Positions 28,957 through 39,750 of a stretch of DNA of 64,000 bases are shown in pieces (positions within the stretch are counted from its first letter, which is position 1; every line of letters starts with the position of its first letter). A program made the position numbers and the translations under genes. Under the pieces are notes generated by a model. It did not search any database. It was not told where the DNA came from and saw only the letters and a program-made list of their open reading frames with translations. The DNA is from Setoptus koraiensis (taxonomy: Eukaryota; Animalia; Arthropoda): assembly GCA_048013815.1 (NCBI GenBank), contig CM106586.1, forward strand, positions 2,170,001 through 2,234,000. The letters are read 5' to 3'.

Positions 28957-29037
28957 GATATCGTGGCCGAGTGGTTAAGGCGTCAGGCTGCTATCCTGAT
29001 GGGTTCGCCCGCGCAGGTTCGAATCCTGCCGATATCG
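28957..29037 (+). tRNA. tRNA-Ser (anticodon GCT), long variable arm, no intron
   Basis: Acceptor stem GATATCG/CGATATC; A box TGGCCGAGTGG; anticodon arm TCAGG-CTGCTAT-CCTGA; variable arm GGG-TTCG-CCC; T arm GCAGG-TTCGAAT-CCTGC; discriminator G; T6 Pol III terminator at 29043-29048. Confidence 0.96.
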
Positions 29038-29170
29038 ATTACTTTTTTGCATTATTTTTTTGTCGCTATGATCAATCATGCTATCTCTGATCTTCATCTA
29101 ACATGTTGCTTTTGCCATATAACAGTTTATTTTAAATATATATAGATATTTATCCAACAACGAGTCAACC

Positions 29171-30475
29171 ATGATTAGCTTACGTATGATATCCACCGAT
29201 GACAAGGAGGTCGTTCGACAACTCCGAGAACTCCAACAGCCGGCAGTATTTTTTTCTGAGGGTCCAGCTGAGCGTCGCGAGCGTCTCAGGCAAGTACTGA
29301 CAAAACTAGGACCGGACGCTTTAGAGAAGATCAAATCACCTCACATCACACAGAGCATTGATGCTTCCACCAACAATGGGGAAACTTGGTATCACGAAGG
29401 CAGCGAACTTCTGAAGAAAAGCCGTTTTCGCATAGCAAAGTACAGCATTGAACAATGTAAGTCGAGACTGGATATGGATATGCTGAAACAATTGGAGCCT
29501 ATCTCTACCAGATTTGCGCCTCAACAAGAATTGATCAAGAGACTTAGGACAATCGACGATTGTGGCAGTCAGATAGGTGATGATAGACCGCTGTCGTCTT
29601 GCAATTTTAGTCCTGATTCTACTTTGGTTGCTACCTCATCCTGGAGCGGACTCTGTAAACTATGGTCAGTGCCTAACTTGATACATCAGCATACCCTGAG
29701 AGGACATACATGTAATGTTAGCTATATAACATTTCATCCTAAATCCACTAGGAATCAATACTCCAACAAATCTATAAATTTGGCATCATGTTCGGTTGAT
29801 GGCTCAGTCCTACTATGGAATCTCATAGATGAAGAGCCCATTCACAATCTCAAAGGCCATGAAGGACACAAGGTAACGCGCGTCAAGTTTCACCCAATGG
29901 GCGAATACCTTGCAACTTGTTGTTCTGATAAATCGTGGCGATTTTGGAACTTGGAACACCTCGAGGAGATCCTTCATCAAGAGGGACACGCGGATGCTGT
30001 CTATGACATAGCTTTTCATCCTGACGGCTCGTTGGCCGCGACAGCTGGTCTGGATTCTTTCGGAAGGATATTCGATCTCAGGACAGGAAGGCAAATAATG
30101 CTTTTAGAGGGTCACCTCAGAGGACTACTTTCAATTGACTGTTCACCAGATGGTTATCATATTGCAACTGGTAGTCAAGACCATAGTGTCAAAATTTGGG
30201 ATCTCAGAAAAAGAACTTGTGAATATACCATACCCGCTCATACGAATAATGTTGTAAAAGTCGTGTTCGAGAAAAGAAGCGGCTGTTATCTTGCTACAGC
30301 CTCCTACGACAAGAGTATAAAGCTATGGTCAAAGCCTACCTGGGCTCCGGTACAGACATTGTATGGCCATGATGAGCGCATTATGGGCATGGATTGCTCA
30401 GAGAATAGTGAATTATTTGCTACATCATCCTACGACAAGACATTCAAATTATGGAAATCCAAAAGAGATGTATGA
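29171..30475 (+). CDS. PRPF4: U4/U6 snRNP protein Prp4 (PRP4 motif plus 7 WD40 repeats), single coding exon
   Basis: STDDKEVVRQLRELQQP..EGPAERRERLR, SQIGDDRPLS, LHQEGH..VYDIAFHPDGSLAAT.GLD.FGRIFDLRTG. Confidence 0.95.
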   Translation: MISLRMISTDDKEVVRQLRELQQPAVFFSEGPAERRERLRQVLTKLGPDALEKIKSPHITQSIDASTNNGETWYHEGSELLKKSRFRIAKYSIEQCKSRLDMDMLKQLEPISTRFAPQQELIKRLRTIDDCGSQIGDDRPLSSCNFSPDSTLVATSSWSGLCKLWSVPNLIHQHTLRGHTCNVSYITFHPKSTRNQYSNKSINLASCSVDGSVLLWNLIDEEPIHNLKGHEGHKVTRVKFHPMGEYLATCCSDKSWRFWNLEHLEEILHQEGHADAVYDIAFHPDGSLAATAGLDSFGRIFDLRTGRQIMLLEGHLRGLLSIDCSPDGYHIATGSQDHSVKIWDLRKRTCEYTIPAHTNNVVKVVFEKRSGCYLATASYDKSIKLWSKPTWAPVQTLYGHDERIMGMDCSENSELFATSSYDKTFKLWKSKRDV

Positions 30476-30635
30476 TCATATCATCGAAAATATTGAGGCT
30501 CTGTGATATAACTAGGTGATTCTAGCGAATTAGTTTGATTTTTTTTTATTTATTCTAAAATGACATTCAATTACATAAACGCTTTTATTGTAGACTGTCT
30601 TTTTTTATGTTCTCGTATCTGTATCTCTCTGTTTA

Positions 30636-31959
30636 TCAGTTATTGGGTAATGCCCACAGTGTGGCTGTCTTGTTGGCGCTGGTTGTGACGAATGTGAAGT
30701 CGGTCGGATGCCATTTAGCTTGTACAATTTTATCATCACTCTCAGCAACACAGACACTTGGTAATGGAGCGGTCAAATCACCCTGCAAGTCGGTCAAAAC
30801 TACACGCCCGTCGTAGCCGGCCGTTAACAGATAATATGCTTTAGGTGAGAAACTGACCGAACGAATTTCGTCTTGATGAGGCTTAAATGTCTGAACTACA
30901 CGTCCTCCTCTAATATCGTAGATCATGCAAGTTGCATCATTATGACCACTAATTAGTACCTTGCCGGTAGGGTCTACTCGAACAGCACATACAGGAGCTC
31001 CAGGTCCCTTCCCGGAATTAAGCATGGACGGTGCTGATATTATAGATGTGCAACCCCGCGTTCTCAAGTCCCAAAATCTTATGGTACGGTCTGTGCTGCC
31101 GGATACAAAGTTTGCTCCTCCCCAGGTGTGTAAAGATAGCACTGGTGCAGAATGACCAGCCATAGATTGAAACGGAGTGATGGTGTCGCAATCTGTAACA
31201 TAGATCTTATTGTCACCGCCTCCGGCTGATATAAGTAATGAAGTCCCATTTGTGTGATCGTCTATAAAGCAGAGGTCTCTGACGGTTCCATCATGCATGG
31301 TCAATTTATATTCATCGCCTTCAGGACAATGAGTTATAGAATTGTAGCGTACAACATGGATAGTTTGATCGTTTGAGCCTGTGGCTATCAGATCCCCAGT
31401 CGTGTTGAAAGCAACACAATATATTGATCCACGATGGACTTGCAGAAATTTGAATAATATCCTTGGTGTGGTGGCAATGTGATCAGAATCTAGGTGACGT
31501 AATTCATGATCGGCTGGATAAGAACAGATACGCAATGTACGCGAATTGGATCCTATAGCATAAACCTCCCCATTGGGATGAAAATCTACGGCTCTAATGG
31601 CCTGACTATCCTCAAGTTTGTTGTATGGTATAAATTCTGGCTTCGTGTCTGGAATAGTAAGATCATCATCAGTTGGAGAGTACCTAGACCTCACGGGACC
31701 CTGTTGCTTTAAAGATATAATAAAAGATGGGATATTAATATCAAAATAGGATCGTGATTAATAAGTGTGTGTAGAAGTTTTTATCTCTGTGCCCATAAAC
31801 AGATTGAGTTAATTTATAATAATTTGAAATTACTTTTTGTACTATATCAAAGATTCTTTCTGGCGAGTAATAATTTTTGATAGGTGACGGAGAAAAGACT
31901 TTGTCTAGATCTCTGGGCCTCAAGGGCGTCAATCTCTCCTCAAGTAAAGAGAAATTCAT
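30636..31959 (-). CDS. WDR47: WDR47-like WD40 propeller protein; exons 31959-31834 (tentative) and 31700-30636
   Basis: EDSQAIRAVDFHP.GEVYAIGSNSRTLRIC, HRGSIYCVAF, MHDGTVRDL, CMIYDIRGGR, LTDLQGDL match the WDR47 C-terminal propeller. There is a phase-0 acceptor at 31700 (caacag) and a phase-0 donor at 31833. Confidence 0.85.
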
Positions 31960-32369
31960 GATGCTCAAAGCATCAAGTGAAGTGTAGATGTAAATGTATA
32001 ATAATTAAGATTAATCAATTATTTCAAGCCAACTTGAATGTTGCCCAGAGATGCATTCCCAACAATTGCATCAAAGATACAGCTGCAACCAGAACAATAA
32101 CACCAAACGAGAGCGAGAAAGAGCTCGTGCCTCATCACGTACTGATAAAAGGTTGAGTGTTTTGACCGCGGGTGGCGCTGCGTCACACAAACTATGATCC
32201 AACGTCAGATGAAATGAACGAGAACTATTTTGAGTACATTATTGATTGAGAAAGCAATAGGGTGAGTGTGTCCGAACAGGAGAAAAATTCCGAAATATGA
32301 GCGCCTCTCTGCGGATAAAACTTGCGTCAGTAAAACGGAGCGTAAACGGAGACCAGAAAAAGGGCGCCA

Positions 32370-34925
32370 TTACGCACCAGTGTGACAACATGTGTCACTT
32401 TTTTTTGTCAACAGGATGTTGAATAGAGGGTCAAATGGATAAATGTTGCAAAGATTTTCAATGTAGACTAGAAGAAATTTCTGCACCCCAAACTTAGAGT
32501 TGTACAATGAACAGAAAATGCGATATGAGGTGGATATGTCTGTTGAATGTTGACTTACAAGATGAACAAAAGGACTTGAGATTGCCCACTGAGGATGCAA
32601 ATGGATAGGCTTCAAATGAGGTTGACTGCCCAATATTTTACGCAATTGTTCATTAGCCGGTGCCAAGCCAGATCTGAGACTACCAAATGGTGTAGCGTGC
32701 CTGATACCATAATATTTACTTGCTGGTTGTGCGTAATAGTTTGAATGTAAATAATAATCGTCCGAAGCTAGATTATAATTACTATTACTATAATAGCCAT
32801 GAACTGGACAAGCTGGATCAAAGCCAGGAATGGAAGATAAAGAAGGCGATCTCTTGTACATAGACGTAGCCGATAATGGTCTCGATAGAACCCTACGTGA
32901 AGTCATTGGCGATGAGTACGAAGAATAAGCAGTAGTTGGTCTATCTAAACGGTGTACAACGTTTGAGGGTGGCAAAACGGTGGTAGTTGGCGTTGTTGCG
33001 GTCGGTGATTGATAACGAGATATTGGCGACGGCGTCATACTCTGACTACCAGTACTATTGGTTCTATGTAATCCTGTTGCTGGCGAGACAGAGGAAGAAG
33101 AAATAGTGGTCCGTTTATTTAATTGGCCGCTCTTAGCTGGTGGACTTGTTGATGCTGCCATAGAAGGTAATAAAGATTTTGAGGTGTTAGTCACTCTATT
33201 GACTTTTGAAGTCGGAGATGATGATAAAGAAGATACTGCTTGACCGCTACCACCATAAGCAGGTGGATATGATCTGATGTAACTATTATTATTATGTTGA
33301 TTATTGATAGATGATGGCAATGATGGAAAAAGATTACTAATATTACTGTAACCGTGATAATAGCTTATACTATTGTGACGCTGTTGAAGTCTATGTTGTT
33401 GCCGATTATCAAAATTGTTATTATTATTGCTATTAGAGAGGTAATTATTTATATTTGAGTAACTCTTGCTTAGGGCGTTGTTCCTATTCAGTCTACTATT
33501 GGTGCTATAACTATTATTACTATTGCTTTTTGTGTTATCTGGACGCCGTAGATTTCTAGTGTTGATGTTACTATTAATATTATTACTATTAATATTATTG
33601 CTAGCTGCTTCTCTTAGAGATAGACCATTCTTCCTAATTTGATTGTCTTGTTTAATCGGTGAAACATTTGTGTCGGCAATTTGTTCTGTAATATCTCTAC
33701 TACCTCTATCATCTGTAACTTCATCAATATTAGACGAAGACGAGTAACTTTGTGATTCTTGTTGCTGATGCTGTTGATGTTTCTGTTGGTGCCGATTATC
33801 ACTTAATTGATCCCGATCATGCGATCCAAAAAACTTGCCTTCCCTTTCCTCGCAACTATCTAAATCCGAACTAACTTGTTGTCTCGGTAATTTGCTATCT
33901 CTCTGCTTATGATGAAACGATCTTTCATCTTCTGTAATGTTTGCAGCTATAGTGCCTGAGGGTTCGATTTGTGATTTTTGATCATCACTCGAGGATGCTG
34001 AAGATTCCGAAGATGATGATACTGGAAATGATACAACTTGACCAAAGTTAATATGGTGCTGTTGGTTGCTTTTTCTCAATTTACTCTTTTCTTGATTCGA
34101 AGATTCGTTAGATTGATCACCTTGAAAGTTTTGATTAGATGGCTGACCTGATGATGATGATGCTGGCTGTGATATTGATGAGGTGTTGCTCGTTGTTTTG
34201 GCTACTGTTGTATCAGTATTATTATTGTCCTGATCTCTATTTGAAAGGACCATCTCTAGTTGGCTTGATTGGCCAATATCATTGACATTTTGATTGATTT
34301 TGGTTTTGCCACCATTTCCAAGCTTCTCATCATTGTTATTAGGAGATGATGGTAATGCATCATTATTGTTGTCATTAATTGATTTTATTGTTGATTCAAT
34401 CTTGTTTTTTGTAATTGGCAATAGTGATAACGGCAAAGATGAAGCTTGTTTTCGTTGATTGCGAATATCAACAATTACATTGCGTGTTGTTGTGACTGGC
34501 TGCTTATTTATTACATTATTTGTAGCAAGATTTTCAATTCCAACTTGTTGTGAACTCAACAATCTCGAGTTCGGTACTCTACTACTAGTGGTGGCACCAA
34601 TCTGTTTTATATTTGAATTGGAGGGTTCTATATATGTGCGACAAACACGGCTCAAAATTGGAACTGATTGTTGCTGTCTCTTAGTTAGTTCTTCGACTAA
34701 TCTTTTAGAATTGATTCTTGACTCGTGTTTAATGTCGTTGCCACTTGTTTGGCGCGCACTTCTTGAAATCAAAGGGGCAGTATTAGACCTCTTTGATTTG
34801 CTTGTTGCAACTGCCTGATGTGGAGAAGGAGAAGTGGTAGTTGCAGTAGTAGAGGTAGTAGTAGTAGTGTTGGTACTAATACTAGTAGAAGATAATGACG
34901 TTTCTTTCCCCTCTGTTGTAGCCAT
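32370..34925 (-). CDS. Long S/T/N/Q-rich low-complexity ORF (about 850 aa), probably a large exon; may splice from the GTAAGT donor at 32558 onto the WDR47 exon at 31700
   Basis: 2.5-kb open frame in AT-rich DNA; perfect donor CTT|GTAAGT in phase 0; only short non-low-complexity motifs (FDPACPVHG). Confidence 0.7.
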   Translation of the reverse strand: MATTEGKETSLSSTSISTNTTTTTSTTATTTSPSPHQAVATSKSKRSNTAPLISRSARQTSGNDIKHESRINSKRLVEELTKRQQQSVPILSRVCRTYIEPSNSNIKQIGATTSSRVPNSRLLSSQQVGIENLATNNVINKQPVTTTRNVIVDIRNQRKQASSLPLSLLPITKNKIESTIKSINDNNNDALPSSPNNNDEKLGNGGKTKINQNVNDIGQSSQLEMVLSNRDQDNNNTDTTVAKTTSNTSSISQPASSSSGQPSNQNFQGDQSNESSNQEKSKLRKSNQQHHINFGQVVSFPVSSSSESSASSSDDQKSQIEPSGTIAANITEDERSFHHKQRDSKLPRQQVSSDLDSCEEREGKFFGSHDRDQLSDNRHQQKHQQHQQQESQSYSSSSNIDEVTDDRGSRDITEQIADTNVSPIKQDNQIRKNGLSLREAASNNINSNNINSNINTRNLRRPDNTKSNSNNSYSTNSRLNRNNALSKSYSNINNYLSNSNNNNNFDNRQQHRLQQRHNSISYYHGYSNISNLFPSLPSSINNQHNNNSYIRSYPPAYGGSGQAVSSLSSSPTSKVNRVTNTSKSLLPSMAASTSPPAKSGQLNKRTTISSSSVSPATGLHRTNSTGSQSMTPSPISRYQSPTATTPTTTVLPPSNVVHRLDRPTTAYSSYSSPMTSRRVLSRPLSATSMYKRSPSLSSIPGFDPACPVHGYYSNSNYNLASDDYYLHSNYYAQPASKYYGIRHATPFGSLRSGLAPANEQLRKILGSQPHLKPIHLHPQWAISSPFVHLVSQHSTDISTSYRIFCSLYNSKFGVQKFLLVYIENLCNIYPFDPLFNILLTKKSDTCCHTGA

Positions 34926-36483
34926 CACTAATCAGCTTAGGTGCCTATCATAGATATCTAACTCATTCAATTATATCTATAAATGCAACATCTGTAGCTA
35001 AAGATGAGATTTTCGTTTTTTTTTTTTATAAATGTGGAAGAAATTAGTAGAAAATTAGTTTTCTTTTTTAGACCAATTTATTAACAGATGCTATAGCTAG
35101 TCGGATCCGACATAAACACACAAACAAAGAAGGCTTGTGTAAACTAATAACAATGACGCAACATGTAGATTGTGCGAACTGAACAAAACAATTATTTTAT
35201 TCGTCATGATTTTATCATAAGTTCATCAAGTTCACTCGACAAAACTACTGATATATCATATCATTACAATGTTAGAGGCTCTAATGTAATTCAACACTCA
35301 TCTATCCCTCAATGGACTTTAGTTCAAACAATGTATGATTTGTAGTACTGGTGGTGTTATTATTCTCAATGTCAGCCTTGATGCAGATCAATATATTGAT
35401 GGGGCTAATAATGCTGATCACGATTTTACTTATGATTGTTTTGTTGTAGTTGCGATAATGGAGAGTAAACAGCTGAATTTAGCTGATAATTTGAAGACTA
35501 ATTTATATATATATTTTTAAACTCACAACGTCAAACAATAGAGCGCATCAAATTGATTCTGTTCAGCATCGAACTACTACAAGTAAACACGATGAAGACA
35601 AATATGACTCTACAAATATGATATACCTCTCACCTGTTAGGCTATGATGGAAGATTTTATCTGCAAACGTTTTTCAAGAATACTGTTTGTTGTTGTATAA
35701 TATATTATGTTGTATAGGCGCTTGTTATGGTAAATAAAACATAAACAAGCTGAAGTGTGATAGAGACAAATTTCGTCAAGTGCTGTTGGTTAAAGTTTGA
35801 AAATGTTTGCTCGAGACCAGAATGACAGGTGATAAATTTTTGTTGTTTGTTATACGATATCTTTCTTGTGTTCGCTAACCAAAACTTGCAAAAATTGTTT
35901 GTCTATTGAATAATGATGCCTGACGGTTCTAATGGGTTGTGTTTGTGTGTAGACAAGTTGTTTTATTAAAAATTCAAGTCATTAGTGTTACCTTTGTTAG
36001 TTCCTATACACTGATGGTAAGCCATCTCGATACAACAAGCACGATTCTATATTTAGTAGACCTACAATGGGTTAGGACTGTGCAGTACACTGTAATTCTA
36101 GGCTTTTCATCCAAGTACAGCGCCGTGTAGTTGCAAACAGTAGTATGATAACTTTCACTGGAAAGTATAATAGGAAATTTATGATGGATGATTAGAATTC
36201 ATATTTATTCGTGTCACTTGTTAAGTGTTGAGCCTCTGCTAAAACATCTACTCTCTCGGCTCATATTTCAGGTGCAATCAAATATGGTACAGGCCTGATT
36301 GCCAGAGCATTTGCATAACAACAAAAAATGTGACTGCCCCTTTTGCTATTGAACTAACAGAGTTTGGACTTACATTGTTCACTTCAGTGATGATCAAGGT
36401 TGATAACTGTTGAGATTTAACTACTTATCTAGTTGAATAAATCCGATACAAAGAACAGTAAGATATATCTTACTTTCTTTATC

Positions 36484-37879
36484 TTAAGCAAAACAAAATT
36501 GAAAGAAAAGATAATAAAAGATAGCAAGGATTCGAAGATTTCCTGCAGTTGCATTAGTGCTCAACAGTTTATTTGTTGCCGGACAGGAATCAATCTGCAA
36601 AGAACAGGTGAATCAGCAAGCTGCAATATCCTCTCTATATCTCTCACTTGATTTTTGGTGCGGAAAGATCTTTCGAACAATTTGTTGCAATTATTGAATG
36701 ATTGTCGAAACAAGATGTTACTGAAAGATACCAATATTTGTAATAAAGCTTGTTCAATTTAGCTTGTTCAAAGTTACTTAGCCAATGGGTAAAAATGCGC
36801 GACGATATTGAATTTTGTCGAGACCATATGTAGAGATATCATAGTTGTCCAGTAACTGTTAGCAATGCGTTTGAAGGGAATTTGTTTGAAAAAACTTGTT
36901 AGCTTAACGGAAATGAAATGATGTCCCGTAATTCCTCATGATAAGTACTGTTGTGAAGCCGTTCAGACGTACAATGTATTGTAGAGTCACTTTTGTTTAA
37001 CAACTATGATTGATAACTTGTTGTTGTATTCTAAACATAGAACAATTGAACAGTATAATACTTTAATAATGTTTGATGTTGATTAAATATTTCCAACTTA
37101 ACTATTGTTATCTTATAGCTGAACAATGATGTCACCATGTTCAATAAAACAAGTCTTGAATTTACGCTACACGACAATATAGTCATTTCACTTAAAAATA
37201 ACAAAGATTATAACCTTTCATGTCACACTTATGACATGACAAATTCTAGTGGATAGTCTAGTTGATTTGAATAAAAGATGAAACATTCAGCCGATAGGCT
37301 TGTCGCAATGTATATTTGATGTGGAACAATAGATGATTGTAGACAAACAAGCTATGACGTTCGTCCTGTTAATCTATTGAAATATCCCTCTATAAAAGCA
37401 CCTAGGACAGCAACCAAAACAAACCTTTCTCTGAACAAAATATTGATATATCGGACTTAAGGTACGCTGAACGTAGATGACTAACATTCTCTGTGATCTT
37501 TTTGTTGATTCACTTGGTTAGTATTTAGTCATCTGGTCTAGTCTTAGACAAATCAACAGCAGGATAAAGCAATAGATTACCAGGCATTACCAGAGTGAAC
37601 TCTTTTGATACAAACTTGTTGTGCTCAAGTCGGAGTACAGTGAGAGAGCCGAGAATGCGAGATTTACTTTCTATTTGAATATGGGTATGTTTGAGTAACT
37701 AGACAAAGAGGGTTAGATCAAGAGGAAAAATCGGTACATGCCATACCAATTTTTGCACTACCTCTTGATACATTTCTCTGGCCATTGACTGAACAACAAC
37801 GGTATACAACACCATGGAACACACATACAAAACTGCTCCTGCTATCTATTCATCGCAATACCACCTGCTCCCTTTCCAT
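36484..37879 (-). other. Possible multi-exon gene with very short exons and introns, ending in a hydrophobic tail; not in the ORF track
   Basis: Segments 36989-36909, 36855-36778, 36720-36648 and 36594-36484 join in frame across GT-AG gaps of 53, 57 and 53 nt. Further exon-like segments lie upstream, up to an ATG at 37879. No family recognised. Confidence 0.3.
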
Positions 37880-38264
37880 GAGTGCTGTAATTCTTGATTT
37901 CTAGTGATTGATTCTCGCTTTAGCTCGCTTGATTTTTGCTTGATAATTAAGTCAGAATTTGGCTCAAGCATGGAGGTAATAATGTTGCAAGACTGTGCTT
38001 AATTGCTTCAAGTGCTGTCGCTCTCATCAACTAATAATGAGAACACACAGGCAAAGCAAATCATTTGTACGGGTTTGATGTGGAACAAGTAAAACGAGCA
38101 AATCCAAACGAGCTGCTACTTTTTACGCATACACTTTATGTCACGATTTTTTTCTTGCTGTTGGGTCTCTACTATCAGTACTATAGAGCCAAGATAAATG
38201 AGTATATGAATACCGAGGGCATTATAATCAATAGAAATTTGGTCGTCACACGGCCATGCTTTGC

Positions 38265-38938
38265 ATGTTCAATCAATTGAAAGGTTTCTCACAGCGTAAA
38301 CTGAATAAAGTTGAGACAAAAGTAGTAACACCATCAGGTGAGAATTTAGTTGAAAAAAGAGGAGCAAAAGGCCTGCAAGTGCTATCTAGCGATGCTCAAG
38401 GTCAAGAAGAACAAAGAAAGCTAGACTTGCAAGTTGGACTTATAGTACCCGGCTTGTTGATAGGTAAATATCTATTCTCTATTATATAATTGCAAATCAA
38501 AGCTAGCAAACCATGAGTGACTAACTAGTTAATTATCATTTCTCCGGTAATATAGCATCCGATGATGTTGCTCAACACAAGGAAAGTCTGGATACTTATG
38601 GAATAACTCATATATTGAACCTGGCTAGCGATGTTGAAAATAAATATGCTAGTGAATATTGTTACAAGAATGTAGACGTTCAGGACAATCCTGATTTTCA
38701 GTTGTCTCAAGTATACGACGAATGTTTCAATTTCATAGATGAGGGGAAAAAAGCAGGTAATGTTCTTGTTCATTGTAAGGGAACAGTTGGTTTGTCGAGA
38801 TCAACTGCAATCTGTGTTGCCTACTTAATGAAAAGAGAGAAGCTCAACTTTAACGATGCTCTAAACGCCGTCAAGGAGGCAAGATCCTTCGTGCGACCCA
38901 ATGATGGATTCGTGAAACAGTTGAAGGAAGCGCATTAA
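38265..38938 (+). CDS. DUSP19: Atypical dual-specificity phosphatase, DUSP19-like; exons 38265 (or 38256)-38463 and 38556-38938
   Basis: N-terminal LKGFSQRKLNKVETKVVTPSG and DLQVGLIVPGLLI are typical of DUSP19; GITHILNLA, DECFNFIDEG, VLVHC..SRS, AYLM, RPNDGFVKQL; 92-nt phase-1 intron. Confidence 0.88.
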
Positions 38939-39159
38939 AGAGGACTTGTAAGAATCGATGATTTATTCTATCAACAATATTCATGTCGGACAATATTAAC
39001 GTGAAATTGTGTGTCTATATGACTTTCAAAAATGTGTTAGAAATTTATGCAACAATAAAGTACAAAACCAGTGTAATACACTAGTGATGTTAAGAAGGTG
39101 ATTAATCAATGCAGTAATAATACTGATTAGTTTCGACGATTATCGACGTGACGATTGAT

Positions 39160-39525
39160 TGAAAAGAGCGGTACAAACCCGGGAGGGAAAAGTGGGAGCC
39201 TCCCGAGGGGAGGGCAACTCCCCACCTCCGACGATAGATATGGCCAGAATTGCTTATGAATTGCCCGCCATTAGCAACTTGCGCGCATGCTCGGACGTGG
39301 CGATTCTCAGGGCTCGCCCATGGTCGACTTGGGCGTGCCCGTTCAAAATGGACATCGAATGCGCACAAGATATTTTGACAACGAAATTCTCTGAATATGC
39401 GCAAAAGACGAAAATTGGTTCAATAGTTCCATTGGTCAGTGTTGAGAACAACGGAACTTTTGAATTTAGCGGCTACGTCTGCGCATATAGCGAGAGGCAA
39501 ACTTGCGATCATTATGGTACCCAAT
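39160..39525 (-). ncRNA. Candidate structured non-coding RNA (family unassigned)
   Basis: GC-rich island in AT-rich DNA with nested helices: ATATGCGCA 39395-39403 / TGCGCATAT 39480-39488, GACG/CGTC, TTCAA/TTGAA, AGTTCCATTG/CAACGGAACT, and a GC hairpin at 39191-39225. Confidence 0.35.
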
Positions 39526-39750
39526 ATCGCGTATAAAAATAGTAACGGTCAATTGTGTGAATTTGAATATTTATCTAATTTTTACTATTCAACAATAGTA
39601 ATCAGGACAGGCATTTCATTTTAGAAATCGTTCAATATAACTAATTGACATATCAACAATCAATAATTATCATCTCCCCTGACAAGCATCCGATAGATAA
39701 GCTAATTTGACTAAATACTAACATAATTAATAATAAATAAAAAAATAAAT

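Noticed and set aside
34459-34818. Antisense hydrophobic ORFs opposite long genes (also 58875-59180, 61820-62464, 63548-63769)
   Set aside because: They are shadow frames of well-supported genes on the other strand
39300-39365. Resemblance of CATTTTGAACG to 5.8S rRNA and of CCTCCCG..GGGCAAC to an HDV-like ribozyme
   Set aside because: The flanking 5.8S motifs are absent and the P1/P1.1/P4 topology of HDV ribozymes could not be built
39159-39536. 125-aa plus-strand ORF and overlapping minus-strand ORFs in the GC island
   Set aside because: Several frames are open because of the high GC content; no family motif was found, and the helical pairing explains the composition better
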